From Cycas panzhihuaensis (Eukaryota > Plantae > Cycadophyta): a DNA stretch of 64,000 bases. This document shows positions 19,501-31,880 of this stretch, piece after piece. Position 1 is the first letter of the stretch. Each line of letters begins with the position of its first letter. The notes beneath the pieces were generated by a model, which was not told the origin of the DNA, did no database searches, and saw only the letters and a list, made by a program, of their open reading frames with translations. The position numbers were made by a program, and so were the translations under genes. The stretch is taken from positions 225,873,741-225,937,740 of the forward strand of contig CM041465.1 of assembly GCA_023213395.1 (NCBI GenBank). Reading direction: 5' to 3'.

Positions 19501-20564
19501 GCTTAAGATGGAAGCAAGACCTTAGTAAGAGATTGATGATGAGACATGGATTGTAACCCCATGTTCCATTGATGGTTGAAGACCTACCTAATGATTAAAG
19601 ATCATGGATCAACATGCCAATCGAATCTTGAGATAGATACCAGCGTTCCAATAAGTGTGATTCGTAATGGAGAGTTATATTGAAGCAAAGAACTTAGTCA
19701 GTTTACAAGTGGGAAAGCTTATTATAGAGGATTTCTAGAAAGAAGAAGGATTCAAGTATGAGGAGACATTTTGCACCAGTTTCTATTATGTTTATGGTCT
19801 ATTTGATCCTTACTTTAACATCTTTAGATAGTTGGGTATCATATCAAATAAATGAGATATCAACGTTCCTTAACAAAGACTTGAAAAGAAGATTCACATG
19901 GCTCAAGTAGCTCAACCTCTTAGTTTAGCCAAAGGAATATGGCTAAGTTGTATGGACAAAGTGTCAGGTACAAAGAGAGTTGTATGGTTGCAGGTCTATT
20001 AGAAAATTTCTAAAGAATCGAGCATATATGGGGCATAGTACCATTATATCTGAGTAAAGATCATATCAGGGAAGATGCAGGTTGAAGATTATCCAAGTGG
20101 AGATCGACTTATGGACATATTCACCAAGCTCAAACTAAAGATTGCTACATCGATATTCGTTCATATTGGGTAAGGTTATGCTTGAGAGAGGATATATTCC
20201 TAAGGATAAACCTTGTTACCCCATATTTATATTAAGAGGAGATGTTAGAATATGTGTACATACTGACTAATGTAAAGTGGGCCTATTTATGTACTTAATA
20301 TACAGGAGAATATTCTCAAGTGTGGTGAGCCGACATATATAAAATGTAATTATATTTGGGATGCAAGATTTATAAATATAGATTAAAGTCTAACTTTGTA
20401 CTATGCTAGATTTGCAATAATATGATTAATATTATTTTGTGGGTTTTCACTTGTAAGGGTTTCCCACGATAATCTGGTGTCTCATGTGATCTATTCCTAC
20501 TATGATCTACGTGATGTGAAAGATCTTGATCGACCTTGTTTGCTTTCATTTATGTTTCCCAACA
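16518..20564 (+). mobile_element. Degenerate non-autonomous Ty1/Copia LTR retrotransposon
   Basis: 322-bp LTRs at 16518-16839 (TG decayed to TT) and 20243-20564. PBS tagtatcagagc 16840-16851; PPT aagaggaga 20234-20242. RT remnant (..GF..EEGFKYEETF.., ~19720-19780) and RNase H remnant (..HYI..K..SG..QVE..PS.D.L.DIFTK, ~20040-20130). Confidence 0.88.
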
Positions 20565-23500
20565 ATATATATGGTGGGATTTCAAAACGTCATAACCACT
20601 TTCTTCTTGAGCGTGCCTTTTCATTAGTAATTAATCTTTTAATAGAGTTTGTAATCCTCTTCTTCATTAATACTTTATTTTTCTTTTAAAGGGAATTTGG
20701 CATGTTACACTAATTACGAGACTACAAATTTATAAGTAAATTATAGTTTAGGATAGAAAATTATATTTTTTAATCAATTTTTTTAGTGCGATAAAATGCG
20801 AGTGTGCTTGTTTATGGAAACAACTCCATTAACAAAGGTTTTTTTTTTTTTTAATAACTTTGTTAATGAGGGTTCTAAGTGAATTTAAAATTTCTCTTTC
20901 TATTTTTTTAATCATTTTTCAAAGAAAATAATTAAGCAAGGACTAAACTTTAAATAGGCAAAAATAAAAGTTTTTAAAGTTTTGAACAAAAAATAGATTT
21001 AAATGATGTAAAAACTATGACAAACGAGGTGATAAATTATGTTTAACAACATAGTTTATGAGCCACTTCAATATGTGAAGTGTTATTTTTCCTTTTTTTT
21101 TTTTTTTAAGTATAGGTTAGGGTTTGATAATTCAAACTTACTTATAGCTAGGATTTGATTATGTTCTAATTTTATAACATTTTTAAAAGTAAAAATACCA
21201 TGTAATGGGAGTTTTAGAGGACACTTATGTTATTTTTTAGATAATAAGAATGTTAAAAAGGCCTTATAGGTAAAAGAAAAGGGTAGTCCCTAGTATGGCC
21301 GTTAAAATATTTGCTTGGTAAAGAGGGGTCTACTTCTCCTACTCAATATGACACTTAGAGCTGAGGTATGCCTAAGCAAAAATAGGCAAATCTTAAACTA
21401 TGAGCAACACTATCTTGTATGTGATGAAAGCTCATGAGAGTATGATTACTAGTTATGCCAATGCATAATAAATTATATAACTTTTAATAAGGAAAATTTC
21501 TTAACTTGCAATATATACTAATATTACTTCTATTCTTTTACCAAAAATAAATCAAACATGGCATGAAAGAGGCTCTTATATAGTTTAATATTGAGGATGT
21601 ATGTCCATTTAACGTGCGTGTCCTTATTGCTATACTTGTATGACTCCATTCCTTCCTTCCACCTGTAAGACAACATCACAAGGAAAATTACCAAGCAATT
21701 TATTAATTGTTAAATAAAACTAAATGCAAACCTATATAGGAGAAAGTAGGAGCACCTTGGAATAGGGATAAGACACGATATATGTATGTATTTATTTGTA
21801 TGAGTTGCCACTTAATAAGTTCTCTAAAGTAATAAATCAAACAAGCAAGATAATAAAGGAAATGAAATGAAATGAAAATGTGTGAACAAATAAACAAATC
21901 AAAATGAAATATGAAAGAGAGATTAAACTAAAGAGATTGATGCAAATTCCATAATAATGCAATCCAAATAGGGCTTAGATGAGTATTAAGGTAGATCTTA
22001 AAAGTGAAGGTAATAAGGGTATTTATAGTGAAAGTGAAGAGGATGATGAGAGAAAAAATCTTAAAATATATCATGATATATACTTTTTTAAAATAAATAT
22101 TAATTATACTATCTTTTAAGGATATTATAAAGTTGGCTTTGAACACTACTAGACTAAACCAATGGGAAAAGACACGATTATACAAGGAGCATAACTTCCT
22201 CATCCAGTATCCATTTTTGACCTATAACCACTTAATTCACATTTAGTCAAAGGAGATCTACACAATGATATAAGTAAAATTAACAACTACATTTAATATC
22301 AAGAAAAAAAATATAAAAGAAGATAAATATAAATGAGAAACTATAGAAAATGCTTGTGTTGACCAAAATAAATTACTTAGAGAGGTATAATATTTAACTC
22401 ATAAGATAACTAACTCAGAGGAGAACTTAACCTATGGTTAACCCATGTAAGTTAACTCGCAGTAATATGATCTCATGTCAATATGAGATGGGCACTTAAA
22501 TGAGCTAAAAAAATGTAAAATAATAATGAAGAATCTTAGGTGAAATAGTGGTAATTAAGAGAGATTGTAATGGAGAAACTATTTCATAGTGATTGTTATA
22601 ATCAAATGGGATAATCTACAATATTATATCTCCATAAGGAAATAGGTGTTGTAGAGAACAACTATCATGTTATCACTGGCAACAGAGATGCAACATGCAT
22701 AGGCAAACCATGTAAATGCTTAATCACATGCATCATCAGGGAAAATGACAAGCAAATGCAAGTAATCAAATGCAACATCAAGCAAATAATAAGTAACTAG
22801 ATATGATCTAATGCATGTTTAAATATATCCAATGAGCAAGAAACTAAATTATATTTAAGATTCCTAGATTTTAGGGAGAGGCCTAAAATTGAGGAAACAG
22901 AGACCATACCATTGACATATATCTAGCATGCATACAACAATTCTCATCATGTATTTTTTTCTCACCCTTTGCTTAAAATTTGTTATGGTTTAAACCATTG
23001 GCTTTATATAAGTTACAACTTGCTTTACCTCATGATTTTATAAAGCATACCATTTTGGAAGAAGAAAAGGTATTCACATGTGTGGAATGCTTTCAACATT
23101 TATACCATAAAATGCAATCTCATAATATATATAGGACAAAAAAGTGTTACATAAGAAGAGGGGTGTTCCTTATCATTTTCAAGTGGATGATAGTGTTTGG
23201 TTTGATTCAAGTAAAGAAAAGTTTAAATCTTACCTTCACCACAAGCTCAAACTCATATGTGATAGGTCTTGTACCACTCTTCAACAACATGGGCCCAATA
23301 CATTCTAGCTTGCTTAAATAACTCAACTTGTAACACATTCAACCATCATTGTTAATAAGTCTAACTTGTATAAGCCTTCCATATTATATTTTGAGGTTGA
23401 ATATATATAGTTATGTGCCATTGACATTTAATACATGATTTCCAACCTTCTCTTTGATAAGTTAGTCTCTTAAACACCAAAGTCATGTTACTAATGTGAG

Positions 23501-24088
23501 CACATCATTTCCTTTCTTATGTGTAAGTAAGGTCAACTTCTATGTGATATAAAACATACTTATAATTCAAATTCCATTTGAACTTTCTTCGTCTTTCTTT
23601 GATAATAATAGGGACCATTACTTCTTTAACAAGAAGGATATGGCAAGTCCATAAGTAAGTAAAGTTAGTTGGTTATAAAATTTTAAATTAATTTGGTAAT
23701 TTTATTTCATAGGAAAATCCCTTATAAGAGAAGTGAAATCCTATAAATGACATAGTTTATGCAAAGGACAAAATTCCCTATAGTGATGTAAAATTTCTAA
23801 TGGTATAAAGATCTATGACATATTAACTTCCTCAACACACTTTGATTTTATAGGTACTAACAGTTAGAGAAGATTTCTTTAGATAACTTATGTTTTTTAA
23901 TTTTATGTAAAGCTCTTACTATGAGTTTCTCTTTGAATTTTAATTAGATTTGTTTCCAATTAAGAATTTTGGCATTGTTCTTATATTAGATTCAACAAAT
24001 TTCTATATATTCTCAGGTTGTAAACTTGTAGCATAACTTGGACTTCGCTTCATAATTCTTTGATTTAATTTTTATTATAAGTTACTTT

Positions 24089-24090
<2 letters not shown>

Positions 24091-24126
<36 letters not shown>
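24091..24126. repeat. (ATT)12 microsatellite
   Basis: Directly visible. Confidence 0.95.
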
Positions 24127-25654
24127 GAAGTTTATTACATTTTGTTGCTTATGCAATCTCATGATTTTGTGTAACATTAAGATCTCTTATTTCTACAAAG
24201 ACTTTTTATTCTTTTTCATTACTCGAGTTTTGGTTGAAAGTACTCTACTTAAAAAATATACTACAATCCTCACTTATTATCATGATATTTTTGTTGGATC
24301 ACTCTCTTTCATAATCATAACAAAAATCTTATTCATTACTTATTACTTCTACTCCCATCCATTAAAATATCATATCATGGGTTTTTTTGCACGTATGCAG
24401 CTATTGCAAAAGCCTCTTTTTGAAGTTCCTATATTTGATTGATACTTCATTGTTAAAAGCTAAATTCAAAACTGCTATTGCCTTCCAACTTGTTTACAGT
24501 ACATCAAACAATAAACCATGCACTACTCATTTATTATAGTCACTAGTATAAGACACACACTTCATTGGTTGGGTGGTCAATACAAAGAAACTTTAATTTG
24601 ATTAATATAGGCAATAAAGCACTCATCCTCAAAATAAATACATCCGCTTAAAAGGTGTGGGGTCCTAAACATGTGATAATGGAATCATTTTTCTTCAAGC
24701 ATATAATTGATTATTTTTATGAGGAGGCCAAACTTGTTTGGTTGGTTTGATAGTTGATAATTCAAAAATCTTGAAAATTATAACTGATAAATGGCAAGAT
24801 GTTTTGAATGCATGTTATTTGCCTTTAGGAGTAACGCATAAAAGAAAAAAACAAATATCTAACATCTAAATAACTCTTTATAAGTTATTTTCTATAAAGT
24901 AATTTGACTTTAAAAAGTCCCTCACTCATAAGAATCAAATCTATCATAATAGAGTATTATATACTTGATCTAATATGAGATATAATAATAAAATATGATT
25001 ATCGTGGTTATAAAAAAAGAAAGAGAATTAATTCTTTAACTCTTGAGTTGCTTTGAATATGAAATACAAGTTACACTTATATCATCATATCAAATACGAA
25101 TGGCACTTTGAAGTTCCATCTCGTTGAAAAAAATTCCTTATTATTAATCTTTAAATAGAAATAATGATCCAAATTATAACAAAAGAATGTCATGTGCAGA
25201 ATCACGTTTCCAAGTATAATCATTTCTTTGAGATGCATGGGTGGTTTGGTTATTGAAAGAGATGTGCATCATGCTAATAACTAAACCCATTTCTAGAGTT
25301 TAGTAGTGAGTCAAATTCCCTAACTGATGTTAAGACAAGGCAATCTAATCCATGGCATTTCATGTAAAAGGTGAAAGGGTCTCTTGACCTGGACCACTCA
25401 AGTTGTCGGAGGATGCTTAGGACCCAAGTTTCCAAAAGGTGACTAAAATATCATCCCCGGTGGAACATCCAACAAAATTGTAAATGGTGAATTAAGAGGA
25501 CTTTAAAAATCCAAGCCTTTTGGAGATACCTTAACTCGTCCTAATGAATACGATGGATCCATCCAACACAAATGGTGTTATGTGAGATGCCTTGGGATGA
25601 TTTGATCCGTCGGATTAAAGTCATCCCTATGACAATATCTTTAGGCGAATGAAA

Positions 25655-26135
25655 GGGAGCCGCCGGTACCAGAGACCCGGGGGGGCCCACCCATGACTAC
25701 TCCTACCCGAATCCGCCGGCGCTCGGTGGTGTCGGCTGCGCCGTCTTTCTGAACGGCGGACACTTAAAAAAACCAACGGATAAAAACGCAAAAAGCGCGT
25801 GCTTTATGACGTCGGCCGGTCGGTAAACGGCGTGCAACTCGTTGCGGGGATCGAAACGCCATTGTCGCCACGTGTAAAACCCTGGCGGCCGTGACGGGAA
25901 AATCACGTCATACCACTTGTGGATATTGTGGAGGCACCATAGTCCCAGAGCTGATCCGATTCTTACGGAGAACACAAGAAGAGGAAAGTTTAGTGGCCCG
26001 CCGGGCGCTTTATCCTTTAATTATTCAAAAGGAAAAAACAAACAAGAGAGCTTATCGGAGTTTGCGGGTGAGTGTGAACTCCGTTAGCACAGGGAATCGG
26101 GAGGAACATGCTGTGGGAATTGAACATCGAAAGAG
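25655..26135 (+). promoter_or_regulatory. CpG-rich promoter/5' leader of the bZIP gene with clustered ACGT boxes
   Basis: Abrupt switch to GC/CpG-rich sequence. GGGCCCAC (TCP-type) 25683-25690; ATGACGTC 25806-25813; GCCACGTGT (rc ACACGTGGC, G-box/ABRE) 25867-25875; CACGTCA 25904-25910; TGGATA (rc TATCCA) 25920-25925. TSS unknown. Confidence 0.7.
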
Positions 26136-26158
26136 ATGGAGCGGGTATTCTCTGTTGA
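26108..26158 (+). promoter_or_regulatory. Out-of-frame upstream ORF (MLWELNIERDGAGILC*) overlapping the bZIP start codon
   Basis: ATG at 26108 (context aacATGc) is 28 nt upstream of the main ATG; its stop TGA is at 26156-26158. Relevant only if it lies within the transcript. Confidence 0.5.
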
Positions 26159-26603
26159 CGATATTTTGGATACCTTTTGGAAATTGGACACCCAGACGTG
26201 CTCTAACAACAGCAATCCGAGCAGTGGTGCTGTGGGTCAAGGCAGCCCTACAATTTTATCTGCAGTGCCCTCCGTTGTAGGACGGATGAATCGGAGCGCC
26301 TCGGAATGGGCGTTCCAGGAGTTTCTCAAAGAGCACATGGCGTCCTCCTTGGATGAAGACAAGAAGAAGCCGTTGAGAAACGACGGAGACGAGAAGCCCC
26401 TTGCAACGCGATCAGTCAGAGACCTTGCAGCTCCGTCGGGGTCCGAAGAAGCCACAGATAAGATTTCCGGGGCAATTAACCCTCTGTTTACCGGACTTGG
26501 AGACGAGGTGGAGAAGGGCGGGGTTCATAATGAACCTCGCCAGTACCAGAGTTTTCTCAAGCAGAGGCTTAATCTGGCCTGCGCGGCTGTGGCGCTAAGT
26601 CGG
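26136..26603 (+). CDS. First coding exon of a group C bZIP transcription factor (bZIP63/bZIP9/CPRF2/Opaque2-like); partial
   Basis: Diagnostic group C N-terminal motifs MERVFSVDDI..FW, MNRSASEWAFQEFL and YQSFLKQRLNLACAAVALSR. Phase-0 donor CGG|GTTCGT at 26603/26604 is followed by U-rich intron-like sequence. 156 codons. Confidence 0.92.
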
Positions 26604-27567
26604 GTTCGTTGTCTCTGTTCCTTCTTTCGTTCGCTTTCCTCTTTTTGGTTCGGCTGCTGTTGTCGGTGCTTAGGGAGGGGTTCGCATAGGTTGTTGTTAT
26701 GTTATGAGGTAATTTGCGGCGAAATTTTGATCGACCGTTTCGTTGCTTTAGTTAACGTAATCGGCTCCATGAAGAAAATGCGATGGCGGATCTTTATTTG
26801 TAGCACGGGCCGCCGGCTGGTCTGGCTGGAGAATCGTTTCGGTAATGTGAAATGATTTGGAAAAAAAGCGCCGGGAACTGTGCTTGCAATTCAAGGTTAG
26901 GATGCTATGGAAAGGGCGGGTGGAGTCATTATTATGATACCTGCACTCTGGTGTGGGGGAGCGGCCTTTTCCGGTTCTCGGGAAACAAATGCCGGGCAAT
27001 TTCGTCCACAATTTTGAATGTCATAACGCAAGGCATATCGGGGCCAATTTGGGGTTCCCTGCTCCTGCGTTGCTCAATTTGAACGGCGTATTGACACGCC
27101 TGCGTGCATTGTTGTTAAAAACTTAGAATTCCACTCGTATGTACATACGCACGCAGAAATTTAGCCACTCCAATGCTTCCGCTGGATTGCATCGCACTCC
27201 GGCTGGGCAGCGTGCAGCCATTATAAGGTACTCCCTTTGATAGTGGATTGAGGCACGATTTTCAAAGATTATCCTCCGAAATAGAGAGTTGGTGGCAACA
27301 TCAATTCTGCGTTTTCATCTAATGACTTGGTTCTTCAGCTCCTTATGAGAAAGACCTTGAGGGCTGTCCTCTTTGTTCATTTAGTTTTTTTGTGCCGTCG
27401 ACAATTTTAGACTAATTTTCCATGGGTGTATATTGTAGAAATTGCATGCAACTCAACAAAAGAAAGTCGAAAACATGTATTGACCATGTGATTTGTCTTA
27501 TCCCGGACATGTTTCATTGCATTGTCTAATTCTTGGATCAGCTGTAACCATCTTATTTTTTCTGAAG

Positions 27568-27609
27568 GTCAAGGTAATATCGGGTCAACGAGTATTTGCG
27601 GTTATCATG
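27568..27609 (+). CDS. Candidate 42-bp second exon of the bZIP gene
   Basis: Pyrimidine tract + AAG acceptor (tcttattttttctgaag|) and consensus donor (atg|GTGAGT). Frame-preserving; VKVISGQRVFAVIM in phase 0. No homology support recognised. Confidence 0.35.
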
Positions 27610-29999
27610 GTGAGTTTGGATTGCAAACCTTCAATGGAACAACGTTTGTTGATATACAGTCCAGCTTTGCCTTTTTTCCCGCCATTTTGGTTTTGAATGG
27701 AATTCTTTTTCTAGTTTGGTTCATGATTTCTCCTGTTGCATTTCAACTAGCCTCTACTGCAATCATGGACTCAAATATGGAATTGTAAGAATAGGTGGAT
27801 TTGTTAATGTCCCTTTTCAATTTGTTGTAGTTTTGGATTGATTCATATGGGTTGACTCATATCCAACCGGCTGGCTCTCTTGCATAAGGATACTATCAAT
27901 GGCAAAGTTGGATGCATCCGTCTATTAATTACTTGTTCAAGGGTCCCATTTGATCGGATGAGACCCCAGGGGTTGGAAGAGATGAGAAAGGATCTAGGAC
28001 CTTTATAATCAATCCAACTGGCCAGATTTGTTGGACATGGCACAATTCAGCTATAACTCTCAGAAGACGTCCATGAGCAAGTACACTTAGTTCGAGTTGG
28101 CAACCATTTCCTCAGTTACGAGTAAATTATTCTTCAAAAGATCTAAAGGACTATTTAGGGGAAATTTTCTTAATGAATTGGCTATAGAAAGGAGCTAATC
28201 CTAGGAATGCCTACAGCTAAGTGATAGTGGTTTGAACTGGTAAATTTTGAATGATCTAGGTCTTGGTTTGATTTGTTGTGTTGGCTCATTTTGCCTCCCC
28301 ACCATTTGAAGTGGTTATATGAGGCTTGTCTTTAGACATTTGGTGATCATGGCATGTGTATATGAGTGATGAACTAAACTGAAATCGAGTCTTGTAGTTT
28401 TCTGTGAGAACTTAGTGGTTGGCTCAATGTTGTTGGGTTGGTTGTACACATGTCATGGTCTCATCATGGGTGTTGCATTGTTATGTCTTGCTAATTGAGT
28501 ATTATTGTGGTCTTTTATATGTTAATGCTCTCTACTATCATCATTTAGTTCTAATTTCACTTTCTTATCTTAGATTCAAGGGTCTTCATGCCCTCTCTCT
28601 TGTTTAGTGAGTGATAACTATTGCTCATGGATGTATGGATCAGGACTGGTTATCAACTTCCTATGTGGGTCTGCTTTACTTTTTGCTATGTCATACCATG
28701 TTTTGGAGTTGTCGAAGAACTCTTGGTGTTCCCATTTTAGCATGGTTTATTTAGAAGGCATGGGCCATTATGTGTGCTACGTCTTAGAGTATGGTGTGTC
28801 AAGCAACACTAGATGTGCTTTACTTCGTAAATATGTAAAGCAATTGAATTATACTTCCAAAAATATTCAAACTACCTAACAAAGTAGAAAAGGAACCATC
28901 CACATAATGTATTTGATATGAATTATTTACCCATAAATATAAGATATCCATGAGTGCATTCCAAATTAAAATACATTAGAAGTGAAATATACCAAAATAC
29001 CTCAATAATAATACATGATGTCTAGTATAGAAGGTGATTCCAATAGTTAATGAGACTACAAATTCTACTAGGAAAGCTTTATCCTCCTCAATATGAGCCA
29101 TCTTCAAGTGATTAGTCTTGCAAGGTGGTGAACTCTAAATAGGCTTGAGCTAAATAAAAGAGTTGAAAGTGATTTCAAAGGGGGGATGAGTGCCCATTGA
29201 TGGTACATATGACCTCTACGCAATTTTCTTGTTGGCAGGCCATTTGGCCACTCGGGATTAATGTGTATATGGTGGGCCAATTTTATAATTTAGTACCGTA
29301 AAGAAGTTGCTTTTATAAACCTCACACAAAATCCTAGACATTTTTTCTCCCTAATCTGTAATGAAATGTTTTTGATACAAAATGTGAGCATGTGACACTT
29401 AATCAATCCACTGGGCTAAATGCAAGATGCATTGTAACACAATTAATGTAATATATACAACTAATGGATGATAAACATTCATTTGAAAATCCCAAAAATT
29501 TGGATTATTATAAAACTTCCTCTTTAACATGCCTTACCTTTAAAGCATGGGCAGAGTTAGACAACTTTTTGCGTTGTTGTCTAGTATAGCTAAGATGTTA
29601 TGGGTGCTTGTCGTTTGGGTGACAACCAATAGACGAAGCTTCATTGATTCCACCACTTGTTTGAGATAAAATGTCATGGGACATGCCGATTGTTCCACAT
29701 TTGGTGGTAAAGCATGCTTACATAAAGTACATAACTTTACAATATAAAGTACATGACTTAACATTTAAACATAAAGGTCTAACAATTATGAATATGCATA
29801 TCTAAAAAAAATGTTTATCTTTTAAATCAAATTTTTTTGAAACGTCATATTTGTTTAAATTTTTTTGACCTATCAAATCATTCCTTTCTTCTTTTCATTT
29901 ATGTACATAATCTTTTCAATTGCCACCCGAAGCACCTAACTACCACCTACCCCTAACTTACTACTTTCTTTTTTTATAAAAGGACTGTAACAGTACATA

Positions 30000-31520
30000 A
30001 TAATTTTTTTCCCCTTTATTTTGTTACAAAGATTACTAACTTTACATATAGGACACAAGGTGATTTGTTGGCAGTAGTCAACATCATAAGTTGTGATCTT
30101 CTTGCACTCTTTAGCAGTTACAATCACGTAACATTTCCAATTCTTCACATTGCCATTCGTTAGATCGCAATCATAGCCTCTATTTCCATTCTCAAATTTT
30201 CTGTAGAGATTGTGATTTATGCACAAGGATTGTAATCACTGTCAAAATTCTACTACTTTTTGACAGATTATATTCCTAGCTAATCCTCAAGTTATTTCTC
30301 ATCTTTTCCTCAAAATTCTATTATGTATACACAAAGCCTATTAACATAATTGTATATTCTTAAGATGACCACTTTGCTCATACATATATCACCCAACATA
30401 AAATCTTTTAAGTGCCCTTAGTTGAATGGATTGAAAATTTACAAGCTTAACGACTCCTCTAGCCCCAAAATTTTGAGCTAATCTTCAAGTTCCTCCTCCA
30501 CTTGTGGTAACACAATTAAATTGGTTGTACCCCACTAATATACGAATGGCTAAAAAGGATGTAACCCAACACAACTTCTCCTTGTGAAGGCCTTAAATGT
30601 GACTTCCTTAAAAAGAGTCATCTCTAATTAATACACTTAACTCTTTAGCAACCACACGTCTATTTTCTTTACGATCAACAAAGATTATTGGCCCTTCACA
30701 TTGCAACCCTATGAGTAATTAGATGGCCTTAGAAGAAAAATCATAACATTTGGACAAATAATGAGCATCCTACTACAATTGCTAAAAATTTACTATTAGC
30801 GTACAATAGTGGGTTTTGAATAAACTCATCCACCTCTTCTTGAATAATGACTTTTTTTCTAACATTAGAGAGGCTTATCACAAAGCATTCTAGTATGAGA
30901 ATTAGTTCATCAAGCTTTTGAACTATGATACTCCAACCCACAAGATTTAAAATCAAAACCATATATTTTGCAACTTTTGATTTGCGGTAAGAAATTAAAA
31001 TCCTATTCAAGCTTGCCCGACATATTTCTTAAGTATGCTTCAACACAAATTTTCAAATGCAAGTTTAAATAATCAATCAATATTGTACCATCAAAATTTT
31101 ACCCACAATTGAACTAACGTTTTTCCTTTCATAATCATGATTTGAATCCATACTCAATAACGATTGCTTGTGGTCACGATCCCTTATAGGCCCGTTTAAT
31201 CATGATTGCAACACTCAATGTCACCAATATGGGGCAATCATCTCTAGAATTGAACTAATGGCACATGCTTGTGAGGTTAAATCGGGATAGTAGCTGCAAT
31301 CATCATTAATTTGAGCCATCATTGCACCTGCCCCAAGCAATTATAACCATAATTATATCATTTTTGGCACATCTATGAATCATACCACCACTTTTTATTA
31401 CTAAATAACTAGTTTTACCTAGGGAAATTAAACTTATTTGCCCACCCACTATACCTCCCTAATGTCAGTAGTCATGATCTTATCCGAGTTTAACCACGAT
31501 CACGTGTAATTTTTCCAACT
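30000..31520 (-). mobile_element. Highly degenerate possible hAT-like DNA transposon remnant
   Basis: Minus-strand LAIRIL at ~30535-30555 resembles the hAT dimerisation domain; dispersed gattgt/cacgat-like motifs occur at both ends. No convincing TIR or TSD. Confidence 0.25.
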
Positions 31521-31560
31521 TGAAAATCGAAAAATTCTTGTCTTTTATTTTTTATTCACA

Positions 31561-31746
31561 CACATGTGTATCTCTCTGTCTCTCTGTCTTTGTCTCTCTT
31601 TCTCTCTCTCTCTCTCTATATATATATATGCATGCATATATCTATGTATGTGTATGTGTGCATGCATGTACATGCATATATGTTTATACATGTGTATATT
31701 TATGTGTATATATATGTAAATGTATATGTGTGTATACACACACACA
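31561..31746. repeat. Compound (CT)n/(TA)n/(TG)n/(CA)n microsatellite; continues at 45764-45830 beyond the inserted Gypsy
   Basis: Directly visible; (CA)n/(TA)n resumes immediately after the LTR end at 45763. Confidence 0.85.
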
Positions 31747-31880
31747 TGATTGAAAGTCAGCACACCAACAGTCTCGAGGCTGCTTGTTTGTGCTTCTACC
31801 ACATGTCTACTTCAATTTGGTCTTGGTTGCCTCTTGAAGAACTCTTGATTTATCCTTGGTGTCTTCATTGTCGTATGTTA

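Noticed and set aside
21600-23700. Possible decayed minus-strand Copia relic
   Set aside because: Only faint hints (a possible RNase H-end remnant near 22240-22260); no LTR pair, PBS or readable domain.
26136-26855. 239-aa single-exon protein
   Set aside because: Family similarity ends at AVALSR, where a GT donor and U-rich sequence begin; the tail is intron read-through.
25703-27082. Short ORFs overlapping the promoter, exon 1 and intron start on both strands
   Set aside because: Expected in GC-rich sequence; no recognisable homology.
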